Below, piece by piece: positions 16,466 to 26,566 of a stretch of 39,867 nt of DNA. This DNA comes from a virus. Taxonomy: Duplodnaviria > Caudoviricetes. The stretch lies in IMG/VR virus record IMGVR_UViG_3300022909_000052, positions 1-39,867 of that record; one strand, written 5' to 3'. Within the stretch, counting starts at the first letter, position 1. Every line of letters starts with the position of its first letter. Position numbers and translations under genes: made by a program. The notes under the pieces were generated by a model that saw only the letters and a program-made list of their open reading frames with translations, searched no databases and had not been told where the DNA came from.

Positions 16466-19400
16466 TTACCTTGTTATGTTGAGTAAGGATTCTGCTTCTG
16501 TGTCAAGACCCATTGTACGTAGTTTATCAACACGTTCAAATGTAGTTGTATCAGAGAAGCCTTGCATTACTTGTTTTTGAAGTTTACCCCTTAACTCAGG
16601 AGGTAGTCCTGTCATACGGCTGACAGAAAGTTCGATGCTTGTAAGTATTTCGTTTGCTTTTTCCGCATCTCTCTCATTGATAGCATCCCAGAATAGATTT
16701 ATCCTGTTGTCAATCTCTTTAGAGTACTCACGGTACACCTTTTGATTGTTATAGATTATATCATCAGCATCGTAGAGTGTTTGAACTTCCTCAAGAGGGA
16801 TACCAACGGCAGCAAAGATACCATCCATCGTAGTAAAGTTAGCATCAAAACGTTTACCAGACTTTGATGAATAGATCTGGTTCTGTATAATTCCTTTTGC
16901 TTTAGCTAGGTTGTCGATGAACTTAAAGTTTCTAAATAACTCTAGTGTTCTCTCTCCTATTAGGATCTCGTCGCCACGAGCAATAGACCCTAGTATCTGA
17001 GCAAAGTCTACAAGTGTTGAACCAGCCTTACCGCCACCAGCACCACCTATAATCTCAAAGACATTGGCATCACGATAATGACGGAAGGTATCAATGACAC
17101 CATCACCTAGGGACAGACGACTGGCTGCGGATACTTCTGGTGCAATATCGCCAAACAGTTTATCATCAGCCCAAGCAAACAGAGCATCAACAGGTCCGTT
17201 CTTAATAAGACGGTGTACATCCCCACCAGACTCCAGTTGAAGACTATCAGGAAGATAGCTGTTCATTGCGTCTAATGCTGCAGATGAACCATTACCTAAG
17301 CCTACCCCAGTCATTCCGAAGAATGGGCCAACCATAACAGCAAGCTTCATTCGTTCAGCTTTTGTAAGGTCCTTGCCGATAAAGATACCTTCGAATGACC
17401 GAAGCATATAGCTATAGAACTGCGTAGGTATACGCAATAAGCCTTGCTGAACGTCACCCTTACTCATATTTGTCATGTTGAGTGAATAGGCTTGTTCTTT
17501 GTTGATAACCCAAGCACGTCCCTCAGGACTTAGGATAGACAACTCAGGGTTCTGGGCCTTCCACTTACGAACGGCTGCACCAAAGGATGTTACGCGAGTA
17601 ATCTGTTCACCCTTATTGAAGAAGTACATACCAGCATTCATTGTTTTCTCCCAACCCCTGTTGAGAGTATTCATTGCTACACGTGTACCCTTCTCTCTAG
17701 CACGAGACAAAGAGTTTGTTGGTGCTTGAAAGCCTTCTGCAATGTTAGTCGGGTCTACTTCATACCTAGCTGAATCAATAAACAACTGACGGATCTCTGT
17801 CATTTCTTTCTTAGAGTATCCAAACTGTTTACCCATACGATCAAGCATGATGTCTAGTTCTTTACCGTCAAGCTTTAAGGACTTGAGCAGGTAGTTACCC
17901 ATGACAGCACCTTGAAGTCCGTCCTCAAGTCCAGCCATAGCTACAATGTTAATAGAGTGTGCAGACTGTAGAAGCATTTGGAACGGATCTGCAAAGAACG
18001 TAGTCTTAAACCCGTAGTTAGTTAGCAAGTGACTTGGGTTATCTACATTGAACTTTACGCCTCTTATATCATAGATAAGGTTTGATGCACTGTCAGCTAG
18101 ACGCTGCGCCCAGCGATCCCCAAAACCCTCTGCACCCATACGTAATTCTGTGATACGTTTTCTATCATGTAGTTTTCTGATGACAGGATCTGTTGTCTTG
18201 CTTACGTCAAGCCACTTTTCCATATCACGGTAGTACTTACGATAGTCTTTGCTTGAGCTATTCGGGTCTGCAATCTGCTTTACCTTCTTACCAAGAGATA
18301 CTTGGATAGCGTCGTTGTAATTACTAAAGGCTAAACGTCTGCTTTCAGTATTTACTTGGTTTAGAATAGCACCAATAGGGCTGTCGTTAGCTGTACCAAG
18401 GCCACCAAAGTGTGTCAAAGGTTTATCGTTACGACGATTGGAATAAATTGCAAACTCTGTTAGTGATGCGTTAGGTACAAAGGCATCATCATCAGAAATA
18501 GAGAACACACTTTCGTCACGATGTTTGCTTACAAACTTTAAATCATCTTTATCTAAGTAGATTTTAGATTCATCTAACCAAACATCAAACTCTTCTACTG
18601 TTGTTAGGCTTTTATTCCAGTCATTATTCTTTACAAGTAGGTCATCAGTTAAGACACCAGCTTTCTTTGCTAGATATAGTTTGTTCAGCTGATCTCTTGC
18701 TTTTGCTGCAGACTTACTGGAGCTTGCAGATAGAGCTACCTTCAACGGTTTGTTGTCTTTATCTAACAAGACAATGAAATCTGTAGCCTCAGGGTTTACA
18801 CGAGGACCACCTGCGTTATAACCTAAGACATCCTCAGGCTCAAGTGGACGTACTACACGTGTATCTACTACATACTGATTACCGCCAATGTCCATATCTG
18901 TTTTAAAGATATTTGCTATAGGGCCATCGTAATCATCACGTGTGAAACGAGCACCTGTCTGTGCATCAATAAACCATTTGACATCATCAGGTATCTTGTC
19001 TACCTTTTTGGCAGCTAGGTACGTATCTTCACCGCCAACCTTGACAACAATACGACGGTATCCATTAGCTTGCATTCTGCGAAGCATACTTGTAGCGCGT
19101 AGTTGGTATGTATGATCAGCTAAATCTACAAGAGCACGATAACCGTCAATAACTTTTTGAGATGGTTCTTGTCCTTGGTGCAATGCAGCCCAACGGTCAG
19201 CGAAATCATCATCAGTAAACCAGTTACGTTGAGATGCTAAGTCACCTGATTGTAGGTTTTTAATAATGTCTGATACGTCATCAATCTCACGAGCCGATAA
19301 CTTATTTATTTTATCTATGTACGGCTTACTTAACTGTCCAATACGTACAGCTGCAGACTCTGAACGATAGGCTAGGTTTGTTGCATCTGCGTTATCAATA

Positions 19401-20857
19401 AGGTGATAGCCTGTGGTGGGTAGTTTTTGAAATAACTTAGCAAACCACTTGCCTGTAACACCCTCAATCTTTAGAAGCTCTGCATACTTATTTGTTTTGA
19501 TAAAGTTATCCATAGGTACAACTTCAGAAACCTGTACGGCAAACCTGTTGTTACCCATTGGAACGATAGAAGCCTCTGGCATATCTTCGATATAACGTTC
19601 AGCTGCTTTCTTTGTCATTGGTTTACCTGTCTTGGGGTTACCAAATAACATAGTTAAACTGTTTTGCTCTTGATTTAACTTGATATCCATGACACCACGG
19701 TTTATCGACTGTGCGATATTATTAACCCGTGTAGTGATATAGGTATTAATCAAGTCAGTATCGTATATATCCCCGAGGAACCTACGGGTATACTCAAAGA
19801 CTTCTTGAGTAAGACGTGTTGCTGTATGGTTATTGGCTGCAGCACTGCCTAGTGGACGGACAGGTGCATTATCTGAGATAGGGTCAACAATACTCGGACC
19901 CATACTTGCTAGGTTTTCGGGGTCATCTGTCTTCTTGGCTATCTTCTCTGCTACGTCTGTGGCAGCTTCCGCACCATTAAGAGCACCAGCACGTGTAGCT
20001 GCAGTAGGCGACTTAGAGATATCGTTTAGTGCTTTAGCAATCTTACGGACTTCTGATACTTTCTTACCAGCCTTAACTGCTTTACCGCCAATACTGACGA
20101 CACCACCTGCAATAGGGAACAGATCAGTAGCCGCAAGAATTGCCTCAGCTACAGCAAGGTCATCGTTACCAAACTCTTCTATTGTTTGTAATAGTTCTGA
20201 GGCAGCAAATGGGTTGTCACTGAAAAGAATACCTTGGTTTAAGTACTCTTCTATCTTTGTATCAAGAAGAGTGTTGTATTCCTCAACAGACATGTTGCCA
20301 GCAATAGCTCGTGCAAACTCTTCTGAAACATTCTTACGTTTCATTCGTACTTGCTCAAAGGCACCAATAGGAAACTGTCGTAAAATGTAACGATCAAACC
20401 AGTTGATTACAGTACCTGCCCCTGTTTCAGCTGTGCGTTCTTGTATAGCGTCTGTTAGTTTTTCGACAGTCAGCTGGTATTTGATTGACGAAAGGTTAGC
20501 AGCTGCAGACAGAGTAGGGTTGTCCATAGCATGAAAGGAGTTATCAAAGTAATCTGTAAGACTAATAAGATCAGCACCCTTCTTGGCCTGATCCTCGATG
20601 TCCTCTGCAGCTTCTTCTACATCCTTTTCTTCTTCGATGTACTTACTGACAGAAGAAGCTAGGGCTGTATTAACTCTATTTGAAATATCAGTTACTGTTA
20701 GTTCGGTGTCCTCTGGCAACTCACCAGTGGCACCTAGTATAGCTGTATCCCTACGCTCAGTAGAAGCTGAACGAGGGTCCGCTGTTGTCTTAGGCTTTTG
20801 ATCTGGCTCGTCGCCTAAGATAGTAGCCTGACCATTCTGGTTGAGTATTGTTGCCAT
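16466..20857 (-). CDS. Large internal virion (ejection) protein
   Basis: 1463 aa; position after the tail tube, GNAT and gp14-like genes as in T7-like podoviruses. Confidence 0.7.
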   Translation of the reverse strand: MATILNQNGQATILGDEPDQKPKTTADPRSASTERRDTAILGATGELPEDTELTVTDISNRVNTALASSVSKYIEEEKDVEEAAEDIEDQAKKGADLISLTDYFDNSFHAMDNPTLSAAANLSSIKYQLTVEKLTDAIQERTAETGAGTVINWFDRYILRQFPIGAFEQVRMKRKNVSEEFARAIAGNMSVEEYNTLLDTKIEEYLNQGILFSDNPFAASELLQTIEEFGNDDLAVAEAILAATDLFPIAGGVVSIGGKAVKAGKKVSEVRKIAKALNDISKSPTAATRAGALNGAEAATDVAEKIAKKTDDPENLASMGPSIVDPISDNAPVRPLGSAAANNHTATRLTQEVFEYTRRFLGDIYDTDLINTYITTRVNNIAQSINRGVMDIKLNQEQNSLTMLFGNPKTGKPMTKKAAERYIEDMPEASIVPMGNNRFAVQVSEVVPMDNFIKTNKYAELLKIEGVTGKWFAKLFQKLPTTGYHLIDNADATNLAYRSESAAVRIGQLSKPYIDKINKLSAREIDDVSDIIKNLQSGDLASQRNWFTDDDFADRWAALHQGQEPSQKVIDGYRALVDLADHTYQLRATSMLRRMQANGYRRIVVKVGGEDTYLAAKKVDKIPDDVKWFIDAQTGARFTRDDYDGPIANIFKTDMDIGGNQYVVDTRVVRPLEPEDVLGYNAGGPRVNPEATDFIVLLDKDNKPLKVALSASSSKSAAKARDQLNKLYLAKKAGVLTDDLLVKNNDWNKSLTTVEEFDVWLDESKIYLDKDDLKFVSKHRDESVFSISDDDAFVPNASLTEFAIYSNRRNDKPLTHFGGLGTANDSPIGAILNQVNTESRRLAFSNYNDAIQVSLGKKVKQIADPNSSSKDYRKYYRDMEKWLDVSKTTDPVIRKLHDRKRITELRMGAEGFGDRWAQRLADSASNLIYDIRGVKFNVDNPSHLLTNYGFKTTFFADPFQMLLQSAHSINIVAMAGLEDGLQGAVMGNYLLKSLKLDGKELDIMLDRMGKQFGYSKKEMTEIRQLFIDSARYEVDPTNIAEGFQAPTNSLSRAREKGTRVAMNTLNRGWEKTMNAGMYFFNKGEQITRVTSFGAAVRKWKAQNPELSILSPEGRAWVINKEQAYSLNMTNMSKGDVQQGLLRIPTQFYSYMLRSFEGIFIGKDLTKAERMKLAVMVGPFFGMTGVGLGNGSSAALDAMNSYLPDSLQLESGGDVHRLIKNGPVDALFAWADDKLFGDIAPEVSAASRLSLGDGVIDTFRHYRDANVFEIIGGAGGGKAGSTLVDFAQILGSIARGDEILIGERTLELFRNFKFIDNLAKAKGIIQNQIYSSKSGKRFDANFTTMDGIFAAVGIPLEEVQTLYDADDIIYNNQKVYREYSKEIDNRINLFWDAINERDAEKANEILTSIELSVSRMTGLPPELRGKLQKQVMQGFSDTTTFERVDKLRTMGLDTEAESLLNITR

Positions 20858-20875
20858 ATGTCCTACTTCTTAAGA

Positions 20876-21322
20876 TTATGTAAATAAACCACTAATTTGT
20901 TCACTGTTTTGAAAGGCAGTTAAACCAAGATTAGAAAGAGAGGAACCCATTTGTGCCTGAGAAAGGGCTGTTTGTTGAGCCGCACCAAAGGACGTTATCT
21001 CCCTAGACAGCCCAGTCATTTGAGAAGAGAACCCTAACGCTGAACCAAAGAGAGATGCGAATGAAGCACCGCCTCCAGCAACACCAGACCCGCCTGAAAC
21101 ACCTAGTGCTTGTGCATTAGCTGCAAGCATTGCTCTTTTTTGTTGTGCTTCTCGGAAAGCTCTACGACGAGTCTGGTCGGCTTGAACCTTTTGTTGGTTT
21201 TGCTGCGCACTAGACGCAGCACGTGCAGCACTTGCAGCCTTCTCTTGCTTGTTAATTGCGTAAGCTGTACCTGCTACGGCGGTAGTTGCACCTATGATTG
21301 CGATTGTTGTTGCGGCTGGCAT
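20876..21322 (-). CDS. Small Ala/Gly/Gln-rich internal virion protein (T7 gp14-like)
   Basis: Composition, hydrophobic N-terminus and position. Confidence 0.7.
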   Translation of the reverse strand: MPAATTIAIIGATTAVAGTAYAINKQEKAASAARAASSAQQNQQKVQADQTRRRAFREAQQKRAMLAANAQALGVSGGSGVAGGGASFASLFGSALGFSSQMTGLSREITSFGAAQQTALSQAQMGSSLSNLGLTAFQNSEQISGLFT

Positions 21323-21769
21323 TTAAACCTCTTTCATATACGTAGTTTCAAAGATAGAATAACCCATTTTAGAATAAAGGTTAGAGAGATTTGATATACC
21401 TTCTATATCAGCCATACAAATATAGTCAGCACCTTTTGATCTAGCCCAATCTTCGAATGTCTTAAGGAGTCTTATCGAAGATGATGAACCTCTAGAATTT
21501 TTACTTACAAACCAAGCTAAGTCAGAAGCTACTACAGTGCTTGACATATACATTTCAGTTACTAGACAAACAATAGCTCCGTTTATTTCTCCGTCTTTAT
21601 CTGAAACAAACACTTCCATGTTAGTATTATTAATAGCAGATAATAAAAAGTCTTTTGTTTTTTCTGGTGACCACTTATGTGATTTAGGGGCTTCTCTAGA
21701 AAATTCCTTAGCTAGTATTAAAACATCTAGTAGATCACTTTCCTTCATAGGTCTTATTGCAGTTGTCAT
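21323..21769 (-). CDS. GNAT-family acetyltransferase at the T7 gp13 position
   Basis: IRPM..SD, WFVSKNSRG, LY.KMGY motifs. Confidence 0.88.
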   Translation of the reverse strand: MTTAIRPMKESDLLDVLILAKEFSREAPKSHKWSPEKTKDFLLSAINNTNMEVFVSDKDGEINGAIVCLVTEMYMSSTVVASDLAWFVSKNSRGSSSSIRLLKTFEDWARSKGADYICMADIEGISNLSNLYSKMGYSIFETTYMKEV

Positions 21770-23920
21770 TTAGAACCTTGGGTTTCTTCCTTGAATCATA
21801 CCCCATCCAATTAGAACGAAGTCTTTACCTTGTTCACTTTCATACCTTAACCGCATAGAACGCCCATGTCCACGGATTTTAGTACGAGAAGTAATCACAT
21901 CCTCAGGGTAATCATACACGTTTAAGTTATTGCTGTCAACAATTACTGGATACTTTTTACGATAAACTTCCTGAGGTGTTGTAAATGTATCTTTAAAATC
22001 CCAAGCACTGGTTACTGTAAGAGAGGATGGACGTACAGCCTCGTAGCCAATAGCCTCGTTCCCTGTAAAGCCTGTCTCAGTTAGACGACAGTACGTGACA
22101 ATATATGGTGCGTTTTTCTTAAGGACTGCATCGCCTATAAAATCATAACCTGTCTCAGCATACGACACATAGTTAGCAGTACCCCAGTCTAAGAAACCGA
22201 TGCTCGTGAATCCACCAAAGGTAATTTTATTGTCAGCACCGTTACGACAGATAAGGACAATAGCTGGGTCACCTGTGGTGAAGGTTGAGATTTGTGTAGA
22301 CACAACATCGTCACCAGCTGAGGTGACAACATCATCTGCACCTGAGTTTGTTGTAACGTCTAGCTCAAGAGCACCAGCACCATAGCCTGAGTAAAACGCA
22401 AGCTCAACAACACAGTTAGTGTTTGTGTCTTGATCTGAAATCTTCCAAGGATAGAATGCTTGAAGAGGAATGTCTAGAATTAAAAAATTATTTAGTTTAG
22501 CTTCTACTGTCTCTCCGTCATTTGGATATGCCCAATAGATACGACGGTTAATACTATCGTAAGTAGATACAGTTTTTAGTTTAGCCGCTGACTCAATATT
22601 ATCCCAAAAGCTTTGAATACTTCCAAGTGTCAAGTTTTGTTCTTGACCTTGACCTGACACGGGGTCTGTTTGCAAGGTATGAATACCAAAGCGTGACCAC
22701 CAGAACGGAGCGCCTTCTGCAGCAATAAATGTCTCTGGGTTCAAAAGACCAACACGAGACACACGGTTAATTGAATAAGCGTCGGCTTTAAAAACACCGT
22801 CTACACCGTTAATCTGCCAGACACCATTCTCTGCAAAAACAAACAGAGCATTTTGATAGGCATAAAGTTTTTGAATTTTAACGGCATCAGGTATAACTAT
22901 TTCACCACCATCTGTTGGAAGAAGCTGTGCTACCTCTTCTGATGTTGGATCGTTTACTTGGTGGCAGATACCTAGGTCATCAATAGTTTCAGCAAGTTTA
23001 GAGAACAGGATAGTACCAGCATTCCTAGCACTTTCAAGACCAGCGTAGAACACACGACCAGCAAAAGACTCTACACAACGGAAACGAGTGTTTTCTGGTT
23101 CTGTTGATTTAGTAAGTCCAGTTATACCAGAGGCTGTAGCACGATCTTTTGTGAAGAAATCTAAAATATAATGGCCATTACCTGTAAGTGTTGTACCGCC
23201 GTAAATTTTATTAAACTCAGCTGCACTATAATTGCCACTTGAATCTTTGCCTGAGTACCACGGATGTGTTAGACGTTTGGTAAGGTCTGTTGGTGAACCG
23301 TTACCTGTGTTCCAGCCTGTGTTTTGTGCATCGTACTTACGATCAGAGCTTGGAGAAGCCTCGTCATTGTAGTAAGTGGATGTGTCACCTTGCCATTCAA
23401 AATCACGTACTTTAAAATCAACAGGTGTTACAGAAAATGTCCCAGCTGCAAAGTTATACTCAATAGCTATAGTATTAATAGCACTGGAAGATACGACAAG
23501 ATTGCCTTTAATACTAGCAAATTGACACTTAACTGTTCCAGCACCATTAGATCCCGCATATTCATAAGTTGTTAAATCAATAGAGTTAGTTTGAATTTGG
23601 GCAGAGTAAGGCAATGAACCTTTATTGTAGAAATAAAGATTAGCACCCTTTTGAAGAACTAAAAACTCAAGATCAGCATTACCTGCTACGTTGACCCAAT
23701 CGCCGTTAGTTACAATCTCTGAGTTAGCTAGAGTAAAAGAAGAGTAAGAGTTATTACTTTCGTATGCAACACCTAAGCGTCTACGACGAGAACCATCACG
23801 CCGTAAGTCACAGTTAAGTTCATCTACAGAGGCACCCTCAGGAAATGTCATTTCACCAGCTTCGGTGACCAGACCCCTGATAAAGTTATTGACTACCTTC
23901 TGATTTAGACTTTGAGCCAT
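21770..23920 (-). CDS. Tail tubular protein B / nozzle (T7 gp12-like)
   Basis: 716-aa beta-rich protein, FAGRVFYAG, position. Confidence 0.8.
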   Translation of the reverse strand: MAQSLNQKVVNNFIRGLVTEAGEMTFPEGASVDELNCDLRRDGSRRRRLGVAYESNNSYSSFTLANSEIVTNGDWVNVAGNADLEFLVLQKGANLYFYNKGSLPYSAQIQTNSIDLTTYEYAGSNGAGTVKCQFASIKGNLVVSSSAINTIAIEYNFAAGTFSVTPVDFKVRDFEWQGDTSTYYNDEASPSSDRKYDAQNTGWNTGNGSPTDLTKRLTHPWYSGKDSSGNYSAAEFNKIYGGTTLTGNGHYILDFFTKDRATASGITGLTKSTEPENTRFRCVESFAGRVFYAGLESARNAGTILFSKLAETIDDLGICHQVNDPTSEEVAQLLPTDGGEIVIPDAVKIQKLYAYQNALFVFAENGVWQINGVDGVFKADAYSINRVSRVGLLNPETFIAAEGAPFWWSRFGIHTLQTDPVSGQGQEQNLTLGSIQSFWDNIESAAKLKTVSTYDSINRRIYWAYPNDGETVEAKLNNFLILDIPLQAFYPWKISDQDTNTNCVVELAFYSGYGAGALELDVTTNSGADDVVTSAGDDVVSTQISTFTTGDPAIVLICRNGADNKITFGGFTSIGFLDWGTANYVSYAETGYDFIGDAVLKKNAPYIVTYCRLTETGFTGNEAIGYEAVRPSSLTVTSAWDFKDTFTTPQEVYRKKYPVIVDSNNLNVYDYPEDVITSRTKIRGHGRSMRLRYESEQGKDFVLIGWGMIQGRNPRF

Positions 23921-24188
23921 TTCGTTCTTTCTCTCTTTGGTCTGCGTAGTCTCTTACTCTTTTTGTCTTAGACACTGGCATACGACGAAGGTAGTGTTCT
24001 AAGTCTCTCTGAGCAGCTTGGACTGATGTATAGCGACCAGCTAAATCTTTAGGCACAAGACCCTTTTCATATCTGATCTTAAAGAATTTATAGCCACCTA
24101 ATTCTTTTTCTATGTAGACTTCTGTAAGTAGCTTATCTGACTTACAGACACAGTATTGGTTGGCTGTGTCGTGGTCATATTCGATCAT
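23886..24188 (-). CDS. Hypothetical protein
   Basis: Coupled to neighbours. Confidence 0.75.
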   Translation of the reverse strand: MIEYDHDTANQYCVCKSDKLLTEVYIEKELGGYKFFKIRYEKGLVPKDLAGRYTSVQAAQRDLEHYLRRMPVSKTKRVRDYADQREKERNGSKSKSEGSQ

Positions 24189-24913
24189 TAGTTACGTCCG
24201 TAGTAGTTTCGTGTATTGTCACGACGACTTTTGTGTTGGTCGTTTTGAATGTAAGACTTTAGACGACGAGCTACTTGTTCTACTTTAGGGTCTGACCCGC
24301 CCTTGAATAAAGAGAAACAGACAGACTTAGACTCAGCCAATAGGTAAGGCATAAGTGTGTTGTCAATATCTGGTTCGAAACTATCCGTCTGACTAAACGC
24401 TGGGTAAGTAGAACCAAATGCACGGATCTTATCTTGCTGTAACGTGACCTCTACATTACTGTCATAGGAATCCATAATAATGTATTCATCATCAAAGGAT
24501 GTGTAGTAAGTAGGTGGTTGATCAGAACGTACAAAAATATCTAGGTTACCATCGTATGTTTCAACTAAAGTTCCATTCTCGTCCATATGATCTAGAAAGT
24601 AAACAGGATCTACAAACTCAATTAAACGAAAGTCTTTCTTCGAGATAGTCCCTACATTGTACTCTACACGCTCAATATGTTTTGTATCAGATGGATACTT
24701 GAAGTGTGTAGGTTTAGTAGAGTCACCCATTGACACAAGAGTCATAAGCTTATTGTGCTCAGGTAAGTCCCGTGCAGCAATGATGTTGTAGTATGTATCC
24801 TCAACTACTGAGGCAATCTGTTGTGCTTCAACGGTGTCTGAAATGCTGTTCACATCCTCAGAGTCCATATCAGACAGAATAGATTGTACGATCTGTAGGA
24901 GTGTTGTCTTCAT
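24188..24913 (-). CDS. Tail tubular protein A / adaptor (T7 gp11-like)
   Basis: TLLQIVQ.IL..M....V.SI..T.EA N-terminus; position. Confidence 0.75.
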   Translation of the reverse strand: MKTTLLQIVQSILSDMDSEDVNSISDTVEAQQIASVVEDTYYNIIAARDLPEHNKLMTLVSMGDSTKPTHFKYPSDTKHIERVEYNVGTISKKDFRLIEFVDPVYFLDHMDENGTLVETYDGNLDIFVRSDQPPTYYTSFDDEYIIMDSYDSNVEVTLQQDKIRAFGSTYPAFSQTDSFEPDIDNTLMPYLLAESKSVCFSLFKGGSDPKVEQVARRLKSYIQNDQHKSRRDNTRNYYGRN

Positions 24914-24914
24914 C

Positions 24915-25481
24915 TTACTGAGCCGATCCCATCACAGACATAAAGGCAGAAGCTACATTCAGTGTAAAACCGCCATCACCTTTAACTTTAATCTCTAAGT
25001 AGTCGTTAGTATTAAATGTAGTAAAACCAAAGACAGAGATAGATCCCCATGATCCTGAGCTAATAGAACGGATTGTACGAGAGCCACCTAATTCTGTACC
25101 ATTCTTAAACAAAGAAAACTCAGCATTACGAGTGGTACCACTAGCATTAGCTGATGAAATAGTAAAGATAACCTGTGCATCAATAGTTTCAGCACCAGTA
25201 TACTTAAGCCGTGCGTTAGGTGAAGATTCACCAACAAAACCATTAGCCTGAGCTACAACAAATGTAGGGTCAATGATCGTATCAGATGTTGTTACTATAT
25301 GTTGGTACGCAGGTGTTGTCGCATCAAAAGCAATATAGGAACCAATGTAACGAGTCTTCTCAACCCAATCACCTGAACCTGCTCCATCAGCTACATATAC
25401 TTGACCTGCACCTGCAGATGAAATATCTTTAGGTTCGTGAAGGTACGGATCTGTTAGTGTTGAGTGATTTACGTTAGCCAT
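24915..25481 (-). CDS. Probable virion structural (head fibre or decoration) protein
   Basis: LHEPK N-terminus and beta-rich C-terminal domain; follows the capsid gene. Confidence 0.6.
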   Translation of the reverse strand: MANVNHSTLTDPYLHEPKDISSAGAGQVYVADGAGSGDWVEKTRYIGSYIAFDATTPAYQHIVTTSDTIIDPTFVVAQANGFVGESSPNARLKYTGAETIDAQVIFTISSANASGTTRNAEFSLFKNGTELGGSRTIRSISSGSWGSISVFGFTTFNTNDYLEIKVKGDGGFTLNVASAFMSVMGSAQ

Positions 25482-25507
25482 TAGTAACCCCTGACAGTGT
25501 TAAAGAT

Positions 25508-25536
25508 ATTATATAGAAGAAAACATCTTTTGTCAA
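25508..25536 (-). promoter_or_regulatory. Consensus sigma70 promoter for tail and internal genes
   Basis: TTGACA-N17-TATAAT, exact. Confidence 0.85.
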
Positions 25537-25537
25537 C

Positions 25538-25570
25538 AAAAAAATGAAGGGTACCCCCGAAGGGATACCC
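25538..25570 (-). terminator. Intrinsic terminator after the major capsid gene
   Basis: GGGTATCCC-TTCG-GGGGTACCC then TTCATTTTTTT. Confidence 0.9.
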
Positions 25571-25577
25571 AAAAGTT

Positions 25578-26552
25578 TTATACCGCTGGATCGGACACGA
25601 TTGTGATGATACCTTCTGGGCGGTACTTCTTGACACCATAACGAGCAGTTGTGACATACTCGTGACGTTGGTAGTCTTTGTTGTACTCGTAGTCAACCTC
25701 AGGCATTTGACGCCATGCACCAACAAACGGGTTGGAGCCAGCATCGGCTGAGAAGAACAAGTTAGCAACACCGTTGTTTACTGAGAAGTCGTTTGCTGTT
25801 GAACCATCTTTTTCAAGAAGTGCTGAGTCAGAAACTGTGTTCTTCAAGTAGTTCGATGTGTATACGTCGAAGCCGTAGACGTTAGCTACGAAACGCATAC
25901 CTGTCGCAATACCTTCACGAACAATACCTTCCCACTGAGGGTTGTTAGATACGTTGACAAGGTTTGTCAAAGTATTCAACTGGTACTCAACGGATGGATC
26001 AACGATTGCAACCAAGCTACGGTCAGCAACTTTAGACTTCTTCAATGCGTAACGAGCAAATGCGAAGTCAGCAAGTTCTAGTTTACCGCCGTTACCACCT
26101 GAGATACGGTGAGCAACACCATTGGTTGTTTCCGCTGAGTTAGCCGATACGCCAACTTCTGGAGCAGCCATAGTGGTTGACTCAAAGTGTTCCATGATTG
26201 CACGAGCTTGCTCAGGTACGAAACGTGCCTCAAGTTGTGCTGAGTAGAACGAGTCTTGCGCAGCCTTCTTGGTGATGTATGAACCTGATTGCAAGTATTT
26301 ATCAATCGTGAATTGGAACTCAGCTGTATCTAGTGGATCATATGTTACAGCTGAATCTTCGGTGTAGGTGTTTACAACTGTTTCACCGATTGTTGGGATA
26401 GTGAATGTGTCACCATCTGGGAAGCCATCCAACATACGAACGACGGACTGTGCCATCATTTCGTCACGAAGGATTTCTTTTAGTTCCGAGGAGTAAACCT
26501 CGGCACGAATCAAACGCTGCATATCAGCGTTAGAGGAAATCATACCAGCCAT
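25578..26552 (-). CDS. Major capsid protein
   Basis: 324 aa, GDTFTIPTIG, YGF.VY.SN, ARYG motifs; after scaffold, before a strong terminator. Confidence 0.88.
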   Translation of the reverse strand: MAGMISSNADMQRLIRAEVYSSELKEILRDEMMAQSVVRMLDGFPDGDTFTIPTIGETVVNTYTEDSAVTYDPLDTAEFQFTIDKYLQSGSYITKKAAQDSFYSAQLEARFVPEQARAIMEHFESTTMAAPEVGVSANSAETTNGVAHRISGGNGGKLELADFAFARYALKKSKVADRSLVAIVDPSVEYQLNTLTNLVNVSNNPQWEGIVREGIATGMRFVANVYGFDVYTSNYLKNTVSDSALLEKDGSTANDFSVNNGVANLFFSADAGSNPFVGAWRQMPEVDYEYNKDYQRHEYVTTARYGVKKYRPEGIITIVSDPAV

Positions 26553-26566
26553 TTGCTAGTCCTTTC

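Noticed and set aside
19833-20390. 185-aa antisense ORF and other shadow ORFs in the track
   Set aside because: They lie opposite or out of frame within well-supported genes and lack recognisable motifs
25481-25771. Frameshifted capsid extension like T7 10B
   Set aside because: The alternate ORF runs through the terminator and promoter, and no clear slippery site was seen
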